Below are positions 27,854 through 38,346 of a stretch of DNA of 64,000 nucleotides, piece by piece. The notes below the pieces were generated by a model. The model was not told where the DNA came from and searched no databases. It saw only the letters and a program-made list of their open reading frames with translations. How positions within the stretch are numbered: the first letter of the stretch is position 1; each line of letters opens with the position of its first letter. Origin of the DNA: an uncultured Prolixibacteraceae bacterium (lineage in GTDB: Bacteria; Bacteroidota; Bacteroidia; Bacteroidales; Prolixibacteraceae); contig CAZYUA010000005.1 in NCBI GenBank assembly GCA_964650525.1, positions 48,436 to 112,435 on the forward strand, written 5' to 3'. Position numbers and translations under genes: made by a program.

Positions 27854-27944
27854 TGGCGGAGAGAGGGGGATTCGAACCCCCGGTTCCCTTTTGAGGAACA
27901 CACGCTTTCCAGGCGTGCCAGTTAAACCACTCCTGCATCTCTCC
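27854..27944 (-). tRNA. tRNA-Ser (anticodon GGA), genomically encoded CCA
   Basis: Minus-strand sequence GGAGAGATGCAGGAGTGGTTTAACTGGCACGCCTGGAAAGCGTGTGTTCCTCAAAAGGGAACCGGGGGTTCGAATCCCCCTCTCTCCGCCA. It folds by hand into a 7-bp acceptor stem, an anticodon stem CACGC/GCGTG with loop CTGGAAA, a long variable arm GTTCC/GGAAC, and a T-arm GGGGG-TTCGAAT-CCCCC. Confidence 0.92.
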
Positions 27945-27999
27945 GGAGTTTTGAAAAAAAGGCGGCGAAAAATACGAAAAAAGATTCAACATCCGTACT

Positions 28000-29046
28000 T
28001 CATTCGCTGATTTCCCCGTTCAGACTTTTTGCCAGGTACGATTTTACCTCCTCCCGTTTCAGGCCCTGGCCAAGCAGAAACATCAGCTTGGTAACGGCAG
28101 CCTCGGTTGTCATGTCTTTACCACTAACCACCCCCGCATTCAGGAGTTCCAGGCTGGTTTCATACTGTCCCATCTGGACGCTTCCCCCCTGGCACTGCGA
28201 AACATTCAGAACGATGATATTCTGCCTGATGGCCTTCCGGATACTCGACAGCAACCACCTCGATGTGGGAACATTGCCGGAACCGTACGATTCCAGCACC
28301 ACCCCCTTCAATCCGGGAATTTCCAAGACCGGTTCGAACACACTCCTTCCCATTCCCGGGAACATCTTCAAAATTACCACGTGCTCATCAAAACCGGTTT
28401 GAACCTTCAGGATGCCCCGGTTCTCGGGATAATGGATGAACTCGGAATTGTACCTGATGTCTACCCCTGCCGTAGCCAGCGGAGGGTAATTCTCCGACAC
28501 AAAAGCGCTGAAATTCTCCGAATCTCTTTTCACTGTTCGGTTTCCCCGGAAGAGTTTAAAATCGAAATATATGGAAACCTCCGGAACCAGAGCTTGCCCG
28601 TTTTTTTGAGCTGCGGCAATTTCAACCGATGTAATCAGGTTTTCCTTCCCGTCGGTGCGGATAGTCCCAATGGGCAATTGGGAACCGGTAAGAATGATAG
28701 GCTTGTCGAGGTTTACAAACAGGTAGCTCAGCGCTGAGGCCGTATAGGCCATCGTGTCCGTGCCGTGAAGGATCACAAATCCGTCATACTGCGAATAATT
28801 CCGCTGAATGGTGGTGGCGATTTTTTCCCAGATTTCGGGCGTCACATTCGACGAGTCGATCGGAGGGTTAAAGGCCACCGACCGTATACGGTATCCGAAT
28901 TTGTTCAACTCCGGAACTTCATCCAGAATCTGGTCAAACTTAACCGGGGCCAGGGTGCCGGTAACCGGATGCTGGGCCATTCCGATGGTCCCTCCGGTGT
29001 ATATGATGAGTACGGAAGCAATCCGGTTTGAAGTCTGATGCATCAT
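28000..29046 (-). CDS. ansA: L-asparaginase, type I (cytoplasmic)
   Basis: Active-site blocks IYTGGTIGM and HGTDTMAYTASAL. No signal peptide. 348 aa. Confidence 0.85.
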   Translation of the reverse strand: MMHQTSNRIASVLIIYTGGTIGMAQHPVTGTLAPVKFDQILDEVPELNKFGYRIRSVAFNPPIDSSNVTPEIWEKIATTIQRNYSQYDGFVILHGTDTMAYTASALSYLFVNLDKPIILTGSQLPIGTIRTDGKENLITSVEIAAAQKNGQALVPEVSIYFDFKLFRGNRTVKRDSENFSAFVSENYPPLATAGVDIRYNSEFIHYPENRGILKVQTGFDEHVVILKMFPGMGRSVFEPVLEIPGLKGVVLESYGSGNVPTSRWLLSSIRKAIRQNIIVLNVSQCQGGSVQMGQYETSLELLNAGVVSGKDMTTEAAVTKLMFLLGQGLKREEVKSYLAKSLNGEISE

Positions 29047-29232
29047 TAGAATCTATTGGTTGGCAAAAGTAATCTTACCGGGCGAAACGGCAAATTCTGA
29101 GAAAATAAGGAATGTCACTTGGCCCCGTCCAATTGAAAAGATCATAGAGTTCCTGCAAAGCCTGCCAGCAGAGGACCGTTCCCCCGGACCGGCGTGGATC
29201 ATTGTTTCTGAGCGATCCTATTTCCTTCATTA

Positions 29233-30000
29233 TCAATCGATAGTAAAGATTTTCCTGGCATTGGCGGTGGTAATCCGGGCCACCTCCTGTGGTGTACAAT
29301 GATACAAAAAGGCCAGCTTATCAGCAACATAGGGCAGAAAACTGCTCTCATTCCGCTTTCCCCGGAAGGGGACAGGGGTCAGCCATGGTGCATCGGTCTC
29401 GAGTACCAGATACTCCAAAGGAACCGTTTGCAGCACCCCGGGCAGGGTACTCGATTTATAGGTTACCACCCCCCCGATTCCGAGGAAAAAACCGGCATTC
29501 ATGATTTTTTCCGCTTCTGCGGCAGTTCCTGAAAAACAATGGAATATCCCTGTTAGGGTACCGTCCTGTTCCTTTTCCAGGATGGCAAACACCTCCGGAA
29601 ACGAGTCGCGCACATGAATGACGACGGGAAGTTTCAACCTGCGGGCTATCCTGAGATGCTCCCTGAATACATCCTCCTGCTGAACCAGAAAGGAACGGTC
29701 CCAATACAGATCGATTCCCGTCTCACCAACACCGCAGAAAACCACGCGTTCAAACCAGTCATGGATTCTGTCGAGTTCCTTCTTGTAATCCGGGGTCACC
29801 GACGTAGGATGGAGCCCCATCATGGGGAAACAAACCCCCGGATAGGCACGTACGGTATCCATTACCTGGTGTGCCGAGGAAGCATCGATATTTGGCAGCA
29901 GGATCTTTCCTACCCCGTTCTCCAAAGCACGTGCGATCACCTGATCCCGGTCATCTGCATAATCGTCTGTGTAAATATGGGCATGCGTATCGACCAACAT
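29233..30000 (-). CDS. TatD-family metal-dependent hydrolase (DNase)
   Basis: MLVDTHAHI N-terminal metal site, GETGIDLYW, VIHVRD and ETDAPWL blocks. Confidence 0.85.
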   Translation of the reverse strand: MLVDTHAHIYTDDYADDRDQVIARALENGVGKILLPNIDASSAHQVMDTVRAYPGVCFPMMGLHPTSVTPDYKKELDRIHDWFERVVFCGVGETGIDLYWDRSFLVQQEDVFREHLRIARRLKLPVVIHVRDSFPEVFAILEKEQDGTLTGIFHCFSGTAAEAEKIMNAGFFLGIGGVVTYKSSTLPGVLQTVPLEYLVLETDAPWLTPVPFRGKRNESSFLPYVADKLAFLYHCTPQEVARITTANARKIFTID

Positions 30001-30213
30001 GAGTGACCGTTGATTTCCGGATTTATAACATCAAAAACAGCCCGGCAAACCCGGGTTCGCATCCTTTTTCGAATGACCGCCGGAATCCGGTGTGTGGCGG
30101 TTCACAACCGGGCAGGACCCGAGGCCGTCTCCATTCCTGATTCCGGCAGGTTTGAAGAAGCGGAATCATCTTCAAACCTGCCGGGAAGTAAAAGGAAACA
30201 AGTCGGGCATAGA

Positions 30214-31548
30214 TCAAACAATGCCTTGCGCCAGCATAGCCTCGGCGACCTTTACAAATCCGCCGATGTTGGCCCCCTTGATATAGTCTACTTTGGAACC
30301 TGTCTGACCATATTTCACACAGGTATCGTGAATATCCTGCATGATGACCTGCAACCGCTGGTTCACCTCATCGCGTGTCCAGTTCAGTCGCATGCTGTTC
30401 TGGGTCATTTCCAGTCCGGAAACAGCCACACCTCCGGCATTGACGGCTTTCCCGGGAGCAAAGTCAATGTGCGCATTGAGGTACTCTGCGGCTTCAGCGG
30501 TGCACCCCATGTTGGAGGCCTCGGCAACCAGGAAACAACCATTTTTCACCAGGGCAACAGCGTCTTCCAGGTTAAGTTCGTTTTGCGTGGCACAGGGAAT
30601 GGCGATGTCGGTTTTCACCTCCCAAGGTCTGCGCCCGGCAATGAACTGAACCCCGAATTCCCTGGCATAGGGCTCCACAATGTCCTGATTACTTGACCGT
30701 AATTCCAACAGATAATCAACTTTTTCATCCGATACCCCTTCCGGGTCATAGACGTAACCATCAGGTCCCGATATGGTAATCACCTTTCCTCCCAGCTCGT
30801 TGATTTTCAACACAGCGCCCCAGGCGACATTCCCAAAACCGGAGATGGCAAAAGTATGGCCTGCCACCACTTTGCCCAACCTTTTCAACATATGGTTCAC
30901 AAAGTAAACCGCTCCGAAACCTGTGGCTTCCGGTCTGATCAGGCTGCCTCCCCAACCAATGCCCTTACCGGTGAAAACACCCGTAAACTCGTTCCTGAGC
31001 CGCTTATATTGTCCGAACATATAACCTATCTCGCGGCCGCCAACACCGATATCACCTGCCGGAACATCCGTATCCGGACCTATATGACGGAACAATTCAG
31101 ACATAAAAGACTGGCAAAAGCGCATGATCTCGCCATCTGACTTTCCTTTTGCGCTGAAGTCAGAACCGCCTTTGCCTCCGCCCATGGGCAGGGTAGTGAG
31201 ACTATTTTTAAACGTTTGTTCAAAACCCAGAAACTTTAAGATACTCAGCGTTACCGTACTGTGAAACCGGATACCTCCTTTGTAAGGCCCTATGGCAGAG
31301 TTAAATTCTACCCGGTATCCCCGGTTGATCTGTACTTCGCCCCGGTCGTCGACCCAGGGTACCCGGAAGATGATGACCCGTTCGGGTTCGCACATGCGTT
31401 CCAGAATCTTATTTTTCTGATAAACCGGATTTTTACTGTAAAAATCCCATACCGATTCGGCAACCTCCTGGACAGCCTGATGAAACTCTTTCTCGCCGGG
31501 AGTTTTCAGTTTCAGGCGTTCCATGAATTCGATTATTTCAGTTTTCAT
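30214..31548 (-). CDS. gdhA: NADP-specific glutamate dehydrogenase
   Basis: YKGGIRFH, LPMGGGKGGSDF (catalytic Lys region) and dinucleotide fold ISGFGNVAWG. 444 aa. Confidence 0.92.
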   Translation of the reverse strand: MKTEIIEFMERLKLKTPGEKEFHQAVQEVAESVWDFYSKNPVYQKNKILERMCEPERVIIFRVPWVDDRGEVQINRGYRVEFNSAIGPYKGGIRFHSTVTLSILKFLGFEQTFKNSLTTLPMGGGKGGSDFSAKGKSDGEIMRFCQSFMSELFRHIGPDTDVPAGDIGVGGREIGYMFGQYKRLRNEFTGVFTGKGIGWGGSLIRPEATGFGAVYFVNHMLKRLGKVVAGHTFAISGFGNVAWGAVLKINELGGKVITISGPDGYVYDPEGVSDEKVDYLLELRSSNQDIVEPYAREFGVQFIAGRRPWEVKTDIAIPCATQNELNLEDAVALVKNGCFLVAEASNMGCTAEAAEYLNAHIDFAPGKAVNAGGVAVSGLEMTQNSMRLNWTRDEVNQRLQVIMQDIHDTCVKYGQTGSKVDYIKGANIGGFVKVAEAMLAQGIV

Positions 31549-31744
31549 ACCTGTAGATTAAATAAATTACCACACAAAAGTACATCAGATATTTGGAATA
31601 GCATGGCAGTCATCCTGAATTTGCAGTTTTGTAAACTTTTGAATAACTGTAATTTGTATTTTTCCATTAGATGTTAGATAACACTTTCTGACAAACATCA
31701 GGATTTCGGAAGTTGGCATGGGCAAGAATTTTGCCTGGTCATGC

Positions 31745-31790
31745 CGAAAAATGATGAAAGCCCTTTTCCTGTCGGAAAAGGGCTTTCATC
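31745..31790 (-). terminator. rho-independent terminator downstream of groEL
   Basis: 17-bp perfect stem gatgaaagcccttttcc (31753-31769) / ggaaaagggctttcatc (31774-31790) with loop tgtc. The minus strand continues with atttttc. Confidence 0.8.
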
Positions 31791-31814
31791 AATGGGTTCC
31801 TGATGGATGGGTTA

Positions 31815-33455
<1,641 letters not shown>

Positions 33456-33485
33456 TCAATTTTTAAAGTGTTTACATAATAAACC

Positions 33486-33764
33486 TTACTGTATATACAA
33501 GACGTCGCTCTGTGACATCAGCAGGTAATCTACCCCGTCGATGGTCAGGGTGGTGCCGGAATACTTACCGTAAAATACGGTGTCGCCCACCTTCAGTTCC
33601 ATGGGTTCATCCTTCTTGGGGCCGCCAATCAGCACAACAGTGCCCACCTGCGGTTTTTCTTTTGCTGAATCGGGAATGATGATGCCGCTTGCTGTTTTAG
33701 TCTCGGCTTCCTGGGGAATTACCAAAATTTTACCCGCAAGTACTCTGCCTTTTAATTCTGCCAT
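33486..33764 (-). CDS. groS: co-chaperonin GroES
   Basis: 92 aa with [24 protein letters not shown] and [12 protein letters not shown]. Immediately upstream of groEL. Confidence 0.95.
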   Translation of the reverse strand: MAELKGRVLAGKILVIPQEAETKTASGIIIPDSAKEKPQVGTVVLIGGPKKDEPMELKVGDTVFYGKYSGTTLTIDGVDYLLMSQSDVLYIQ

Positions 33765-34185
33765 TTTGATTTCTTTTTATAGTTAGACATTCGTTTTTTT
33801 TGACATTCCCGGATAAACACATTGTGTGCCAACCTTTCTGAAGTCCAAACTTCCCTCTTTTCCTTGCCATTTTTTCAGACTGAGAATTCAAAAAATGATA
33901 TTTACGGTTTTAAAACCTTGAATTACAAACAGATACTGTTTGTGTCACTTAACCTGCCAATGTGACATAAACGGACAAGTCTGAAGTTTTCTCCTGTAAT
34001 AAAGCATGACTACAGGGATACCGGCCAGTCTGACCGGGGCAAAGGAACGGCAACAAGGAAGAAAAGAAATCAGAAGACCACAAAACCCACAAATTCAGGG
34101 CATATCCTCAAACCCGGGACCAAACCCGTACCAGTCAGCCACTTTCTTACCTGACCGGAAAGAGAATAAGATTATTTAATCCTGT

Positions 34186-34515
34186 TTACAAGGAGTCTTC
34201 GGGAGCCGTGGTTGGAAAAACCGGAACCTGATTGGGATCAGCAATGTTCTGGATTTGCTCCTGAACCATGGAACGGTCGCTGCCTTGTTCCCCCCGGGGA
34301 ATAAAGGCAGACCCCATGATAGCCAGAATCAACAACCCACCGGCAAGTGCCCAGGTGGTCTTTTCCAGAAAATCGGCAGTCTTTCTGACCCCACTTACCT
34401 GGGTGGATGCCTGAAAATTACTTGCCAGTCCACCCCCTTTGGAGTTCTGCACCAGTACGATCAATACCAGTAAAATGCAGACAATAAATATCAAAACCGT
34501 AATCAGAGTATACAT
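34186..34515 (-). CDS. secG: preprotein translocase subunit SecG
   Basis: Two TM segments with the characteristic LVQNSKGGGLASNF loop. 109 aa. Confidence 0.8.
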   Translation of the reverse strand: MYTLITVLIFIVCILLVLIVLVQNSKGGGLASNFQASTQVSGVRKTADFLEKTTWALAGGLLILAIMGSAFIPRGEQGSDRSMVQEQIQNIADPNQVPVFPTTAPEDSL

Positions 34516-34526
34516 TATCCCAAATA

Positions 34527-35129
34527 TTATAAATTCATCCTGTTCCTGACTTCTTTCATGCGGGCTGCAAAGTAAATACTTTTATCCGGAAATTTCAAAC
34601 ACAAATATTCGTAAGCCCGGATTGCTTTTTCAAAATTACCCTGCGACACCAGGATAGAGGCCAGGGTTTCGGTGATCATCTCTTCCGATTCGGTCAGGGC
34701 CTTTTCTTCAAGACCCAGGTTGACAGCCGCCGTTTCGCCGGCTGAGGCTGGTTTCAGGGTAGTCCCGCTCGAAAGAAAATCCTCAATCCGCTTCAGCTGC
34801 TCTCCCTGTCGGGAATCATCCCCGCCGGAAGGCAGACTTTCCGTATATTCCCGGAGTGAAGGGTTGTCAAGAAACTTGTCGGTGGCCGGGTCATTTTCGA
34901 GCCTCATAAGAAACCGCTTCAATTCCTTACGGTCGGTAATCCGGAAGGCATTTTCTTCCAGACATGCATCAAATCCGGGATGGCCAAGCACTTTCAGGTT
35001 TTTAAGGTAAAGAAACCAGCCTGGCTGGAACCAGGGATACTTCCCCGTAAGTTGGGCCAATTCCTCCAGTGTAGAGTCATTCAGCAAAGAAGGAGTTTTC
35101 AGATACCGGAGAATTTCAGAAACACTCAT
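34527..35129 (-). CDS. hypothetical protein (C-terminal TPR-like helix pair)
   Basis: 200 aa with no signal peptide and no motif recognised beyond the helical C-terminus (GNFEKAIRAYEYLCLKFPDKSIYFAARM). Its start directly abuts the lptE-like stop. Confidence 0.5.
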   Translation of the reverse strand: MSVSEILRYLKTPSLLNDSTLEELAQLTGKYPWFQPGWFLYLKNLKVLGHPGFDACLEENAFRITDRKELKRFLMRLENDPATDKFLDNPSLREYTESLPSGGDDSRQGEQLKRIEDFLSSGTTLKPASAGETAAVNLGLEEKALTESEEMITETLASILVSQGNFEKAIRAYEYLCLKFPDKSIYFAARMKEVRNRMNL

Positions 35130-35654
35130 CTACCAATTGGCTATGGTTGCATTAAAAATATCATCCATCAGTTTGTCCAGAATATCCGGAACAATAGTAC
35201 TTTCCACGTCATTAAGGCTCAGCGAACTGGAAAAATCCTCAAAGGCTGAAAAAGAGCGGTCAAAATCCTGTTCGTGATTCCGGTTGTTGGTATATTTCAA
35301 CCGTATCGTAACGGTAAGCCTGTTTTGAGCTGCCAGATCCTCTTTCTGAATCGCCATAGGCCTGACTTCGTAACCGGTAATCTGGCCTTCAAAGAGCAGA
35401 TCACCATTTTCAATTTCCTCTTTCAGTGAAGTCTGCTTGCGAAGCTTCTCCTTCAGTTTTTCAGTAAAATCGGTACTCAGGGTAGGATTGACCAACCGGG
35501 CCCTGTTGGGGAAATAATCGACAGAAAATGTCTTTACATCAGCCGAAATATTGGCTCCCGTGAAACTGTATGACATCTTGCAGGATGTACCGGTACCGCC
35601 TGTGACGGCCATAAGAACCCCCAATAAAAGGAAGTGACGGATTGACCGTTTCAT
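35130..35654 (-). CDS. LptE-like outer-membrane lipoprotein
   Basis: Lipoprotein signal ending in GTGTSC. Its size (174 aa) and position between the sigma-54 activator and secG match the arrangement annotated as LptE family in Bacteroidota. The assignment rests on context and composition only. Confidence 0.5.
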   Translation of the reverse strand: MKRSIRHFLLLGVLMAVTGGTGTSCKMSYSFTGANISADVKTFSVDYFPNRARLVNPTLSTDFTEKLKEKLRKQTSLKEEIENGDLLFEGQITGYEVRPMAIQKEDLAAQNRLTVTIRLKYTNNRNHEQDFDRSFSAFEDFSSSLSLNDVESTIVPDILDKLMDDIFNATIANW

Positions 35655-35657
35655 GAG

Positions 35658-36911
35658 TTACTCGTTGATTTGATATTCCTTGATTTTCCGGTACAGGGTT
35701 CTTTCAGAGATACCCAATTCCTGTGCCGCAAATTTTCTTTTCCCCCCGTGTTTCTCAAGCGCTTTTCTGATCAGTTCGATTTCTTTTTCTTCCAACGACA
35801 GCGATTCCTCCACATACTCTTCCGTATCAAGGATGTCCTCTTTTTCGAAGGGAGCAGACTGAAAGGGTCTGGAGATGTTTTTTCCTGGAATAACTTCCGC
35901 TTCGGGATGGACCAATTTCCGGATAATCTGGGCATGATCTTCCGACAAAGCTCCGCCATCCCTTTCGTGCAGAATATCCAGGACCAGTTTTTTCAGGTCG
36001 TTCATATCCTTTTTCATATCAAACAAAACCTGATACAGGATTTCCCGTTCACTGGAAAAGAATTTCTCCTGGGGACTGCCCATCAAAACCGGAAGATTGC
36101 TCCTCGCTGGTTCCGGCAAATAATTCTGTAATACGGAGGCTGAAATATCTCTTTTTTGCTCGATGATGGAGATCTGTTCCGTAATATTTTTCAATTGCCT
36201 GACATTTCCCGGCCAATGGTAATGTAACAGAACCGCTTTGGCATCCTCTTCCAGCCGAATGGAAGGCATCCGGTATTTTTCGGCAAAATCGGATGCAAAC
36301 TTTCTGAATAACAACAATATATCGTCAGAACGGTTTCTCAAAGGCTGGATAATGATGGGAACGGTATTTAGCCGGTAATACAAATCCTCCCGGAATTTGC
36401 CGGCGTCTATGGCAGAGGATAACACCATATTGGTGGCAGCAATAACCCTGACATTGGTTTTCAGGACCTTTGAGGAGCCCACTTTGATAAACTCACCGCT
36501 CTCCAGAACTCTCAGCAGTCTGACCTGGGTAGATAAAGGCAACTCGCCGATTTCATCCAGGAAAATAGTCCCTCCGTCGGCTTCCTCGAAATAGCCTTTC
36601 CTGTCGGATAAGGCACCGGTAAAAGAGCCCTTTTCATGCCCAAAGAGTTCCGAATCGATGGTTCCTTCCGGAATCGCCCCGCAGTTTACAGCAATATACC
36701 TTCCGTGTTTCCTGGTGGAATGATGATGGATAATCTGCGGGAAGATCTCCTTTCCGGTTCCGCTCTCCCCGGTAATCAATACCGAAAGGTCGGTAGGTGC
36801 CACCTGTACCGCCACTTCTATGGCCCTGCTCAGGTCCGGTGAGTTGCCGATAATCCCGAAACGCTGTTTGATCCCCTGAACGTCCATGTGTCTGTTTCTG
36901 AAAGTGTGCAA
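35658..36911 (-). CDS. sigma-54-dependent transcriptional activator (AAA+ core plus Fis-type HTH, no N-terminal sensory domain)
   Basis: Walker A GESGTGKE about 45 residues from the N-terminus, GAFTGA-loop variant EKGSFTGA, Walker B IFLDEIGEL, and C-terminal HTH AAQELGISERTLYRKIKEY. The start could alternatively be the ATG at 36887. Confidence 0.88.
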   Translation of the reverse strand: MHTFRNRHMDVQGIKQRFGIIGNSPDLSRAIEVAVQVAPTDLSVLITGESGTGKEIFPQIIHHHSTRKHGRYIAVNCGAIPEGTIDSELFGHEKGSFTGALSDRKGYFEEADGGTIFLDEIGELPLSTQVRLLRVLESGEFIKVGSSKVLKTNVRVIAATNMVLSSAIDAGKFREDLYYRLNTVPIIIQPLRNRSDDILLLFRKFASDFAEKYRMPSIRLEEDAKAVLLHYHWPGNVRQLKNITEQISIIEQKRDISASVLQNYLPEPARSNLPVLMGSPQEKFFSSEREILYQVLFDMKKDMNDLKKLVLDILHERDGGALSEDHAQIIRKLVHPEAEVIPGKNISRPFQSAPFEKEDILDTEEYVEESLSLEEKEIELIRKALEKHGGKRKFAAQELGISERTLYRKIKEYQINE

Positions 36912-37147
36912 ATTTACATTTTTTTGGCCTTCTTAAATCTATAGAAAAGGAATTAACTGTATTTTGGCCCTTACGTATGAAACGAGCATCCCGACTGAGG
37001 CGGGACAAAAGGCCTCGTAAATTCAACCCCCGCCGGTAGGCATGGCAGACGGGCAGTAGGCAGGCGAGCTCCACAGGTATGAAAAGCAGAATAAATCGTT
37101 AAGCAGTATATAATTGAATATCATAATATTAACTTAAATATTTACGG

Positions 37148-37900
37148 GTGAAATTTCTGGGAATTATTCCGGCCCGGTTTCAGTCCACACGATTCCCGGG
37201 CAAACCGCTTGCTCTGATTTTGGGGAAACCCATGATCCTGTGGGTTGTTGAACGGGCTTCCGAAGTACTGGATGAAGTTTGGGTAGCCACAGACCATCCC
37301 GGGATTGCACAGGTGGTTGAAAATTCAGGGGGCAAAGTCGTTCTGACTTCCGCAGACCATCAAAGCGGCACAGACCGGTGTGCTGAAGCCGCCTCCCTCC
37401 TGGAAGACAAACTTGATTTTGATGTTGTCGTGAACATCCAGGGAGATGAACCCTTCATCAAACCCTCGCAGATTACCACCCTTACCGGATGCTTCACACC
37501 TGAAGTGAAAATTGCAACGCTGGCCAGGAAAATCGACAGCTTTTCTGAACTGGAAAACCCGAACAAACCCAAAGTGGTCATCAGCAAGGAGGGTTATGCC
37601 CTCTATTTCAGCCGATCGGTTGTTCCCTATATCCGGGGAGCTGCTACCCATGAATGGTTAAGTCGTCACCCATTCCTCGCACATGTCGGAATTTACGCCT
37701 TCCGCAAGGAGGTACTCCAGGAAATCACCCGCTTGCCGGTGGGAACCCTGGAATCGGCAGAATCGCTCGAGCAACTCCGGTGGCTCGAAAATGGGTACTC
37801 CATCCGGGTCGTTGAAACGGAACATTCTGGATTTGGAATCGATACCCCTGAAGATCTGGCTCAGGCTGTAGAATTTTTAAAAAAAACAGCAGATAAATAA
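37148..37900 (+). CDS. kdsB: 3-deoxy-manno-octulosonate cytidylyltransferase (CMP-Kdo synthetase)
   Basis: GIIPARFQSTRFPGKPL, NIQGDEPF and VGIYAFRK blocks. GTG start codon at 37148. Confidence 0.88.
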   Translation: MKFLGIIPARFQSTRFPGKPLALILGKPMILWVVERASEVLDEVWVATDHPGIAQVVENSGGKVVLTSADHQSGTDRCAEAASLLEDKLDFDVVVNIQGDEPFIKPSQITTLTGCFTPEVKIATLARKIDSFSELENPNKPKVVISKEGYALYFSRSVVPYIRGAATHEWLSRHPFLAHVGIYAFRKEVLQEITRLPVGTLESAESLEQLRWLENGYSIRVVETEHSGFGIDTPEDLAQAVEFLKKTADK

Positions 37901-37942
37901 TAAATGGTATTATATTTGTGTTTTTACGGGAAATCATAAATA

Positions 37943-38311
37943 ATGAATAAACTTTTCGCATCGGTACTTTGGATATTCATGCTGTTAACATGGCCAGGCA
38001 AGGCAGTCAGCAGCAGGGTGGACATGACCGTCGCGCCGGGGGTTGAAAACCCGGTCACCGCCTTTGATGTGAAAGTTTTCCCCAATCCCGTGGTCAATAA
38101 GCGGTTCACAGTGGAGACCAACACGTGGGCTATTCAGGAAATCCGGATTCTTAATATTGCCGGGGTGGAGGTCCTGGTAAAAAAGATGGATACCCCCATA
38201 AACCGGGTGCAGATATTTACCGGTACCATTCCCCGGGGGATCTACCTGTTAAAGATTTCAGCCGGAAATCAAGCCACCAAAACCCTGAAACTTCTGATCA
38301 GCGAACCGTAA
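37943..38311 (+). CDS. small secreted protein consisting almost only of a T9SS C-terminal sorting domain
   Basis: Signal peptide (LFASVLWIFMLLTWPGKA), then a Por_Secre_tail-like region from VKVFPNPVVNKRFTVE through IRILNIAGVEV to GIYLLKISAGNQATKTLKLLI. 122 aa in total. Confidence 0.7.
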   Translation: MNKLFASVLWIFMLLTWPGKAVSSRVDMTVAPGVENPVTAFDVKVFPNPVVNKRFTVETNTWAIQEIRILNIAGVEVLVKKMDTPINRVQIFTGTIPRGIYLLKISAGNQATKTLKLLISEP

Positions 38312-38346
38312 GCAACCGGGTTTTTTCACTTTCACGTCGGAGCCTT

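Noticed and set aside
30010-30696. 228-aa plus-strand ORF
   Set aside because: It lies antisense and in phase with the 3' part of gdhA and the gdhA-tatD spacer. It has no motif, and the opposite strand carries complete GdhA signatures.
33765-34185. CIRCE/HrcA operator upstream of groES
   Set aside because: No sequence resembling TTAGCACTC-N9-GAGTGCTAA is present on either strand.
36634-37074. 146-aa minus-strand ORF covering the sigma-54 activator 5' end and the intergenic region
   Set aside because: It is out of frame with the activator and Arg/Gly-rich with no motif. The activator frame contains the genuine AAA+ N-terminus.
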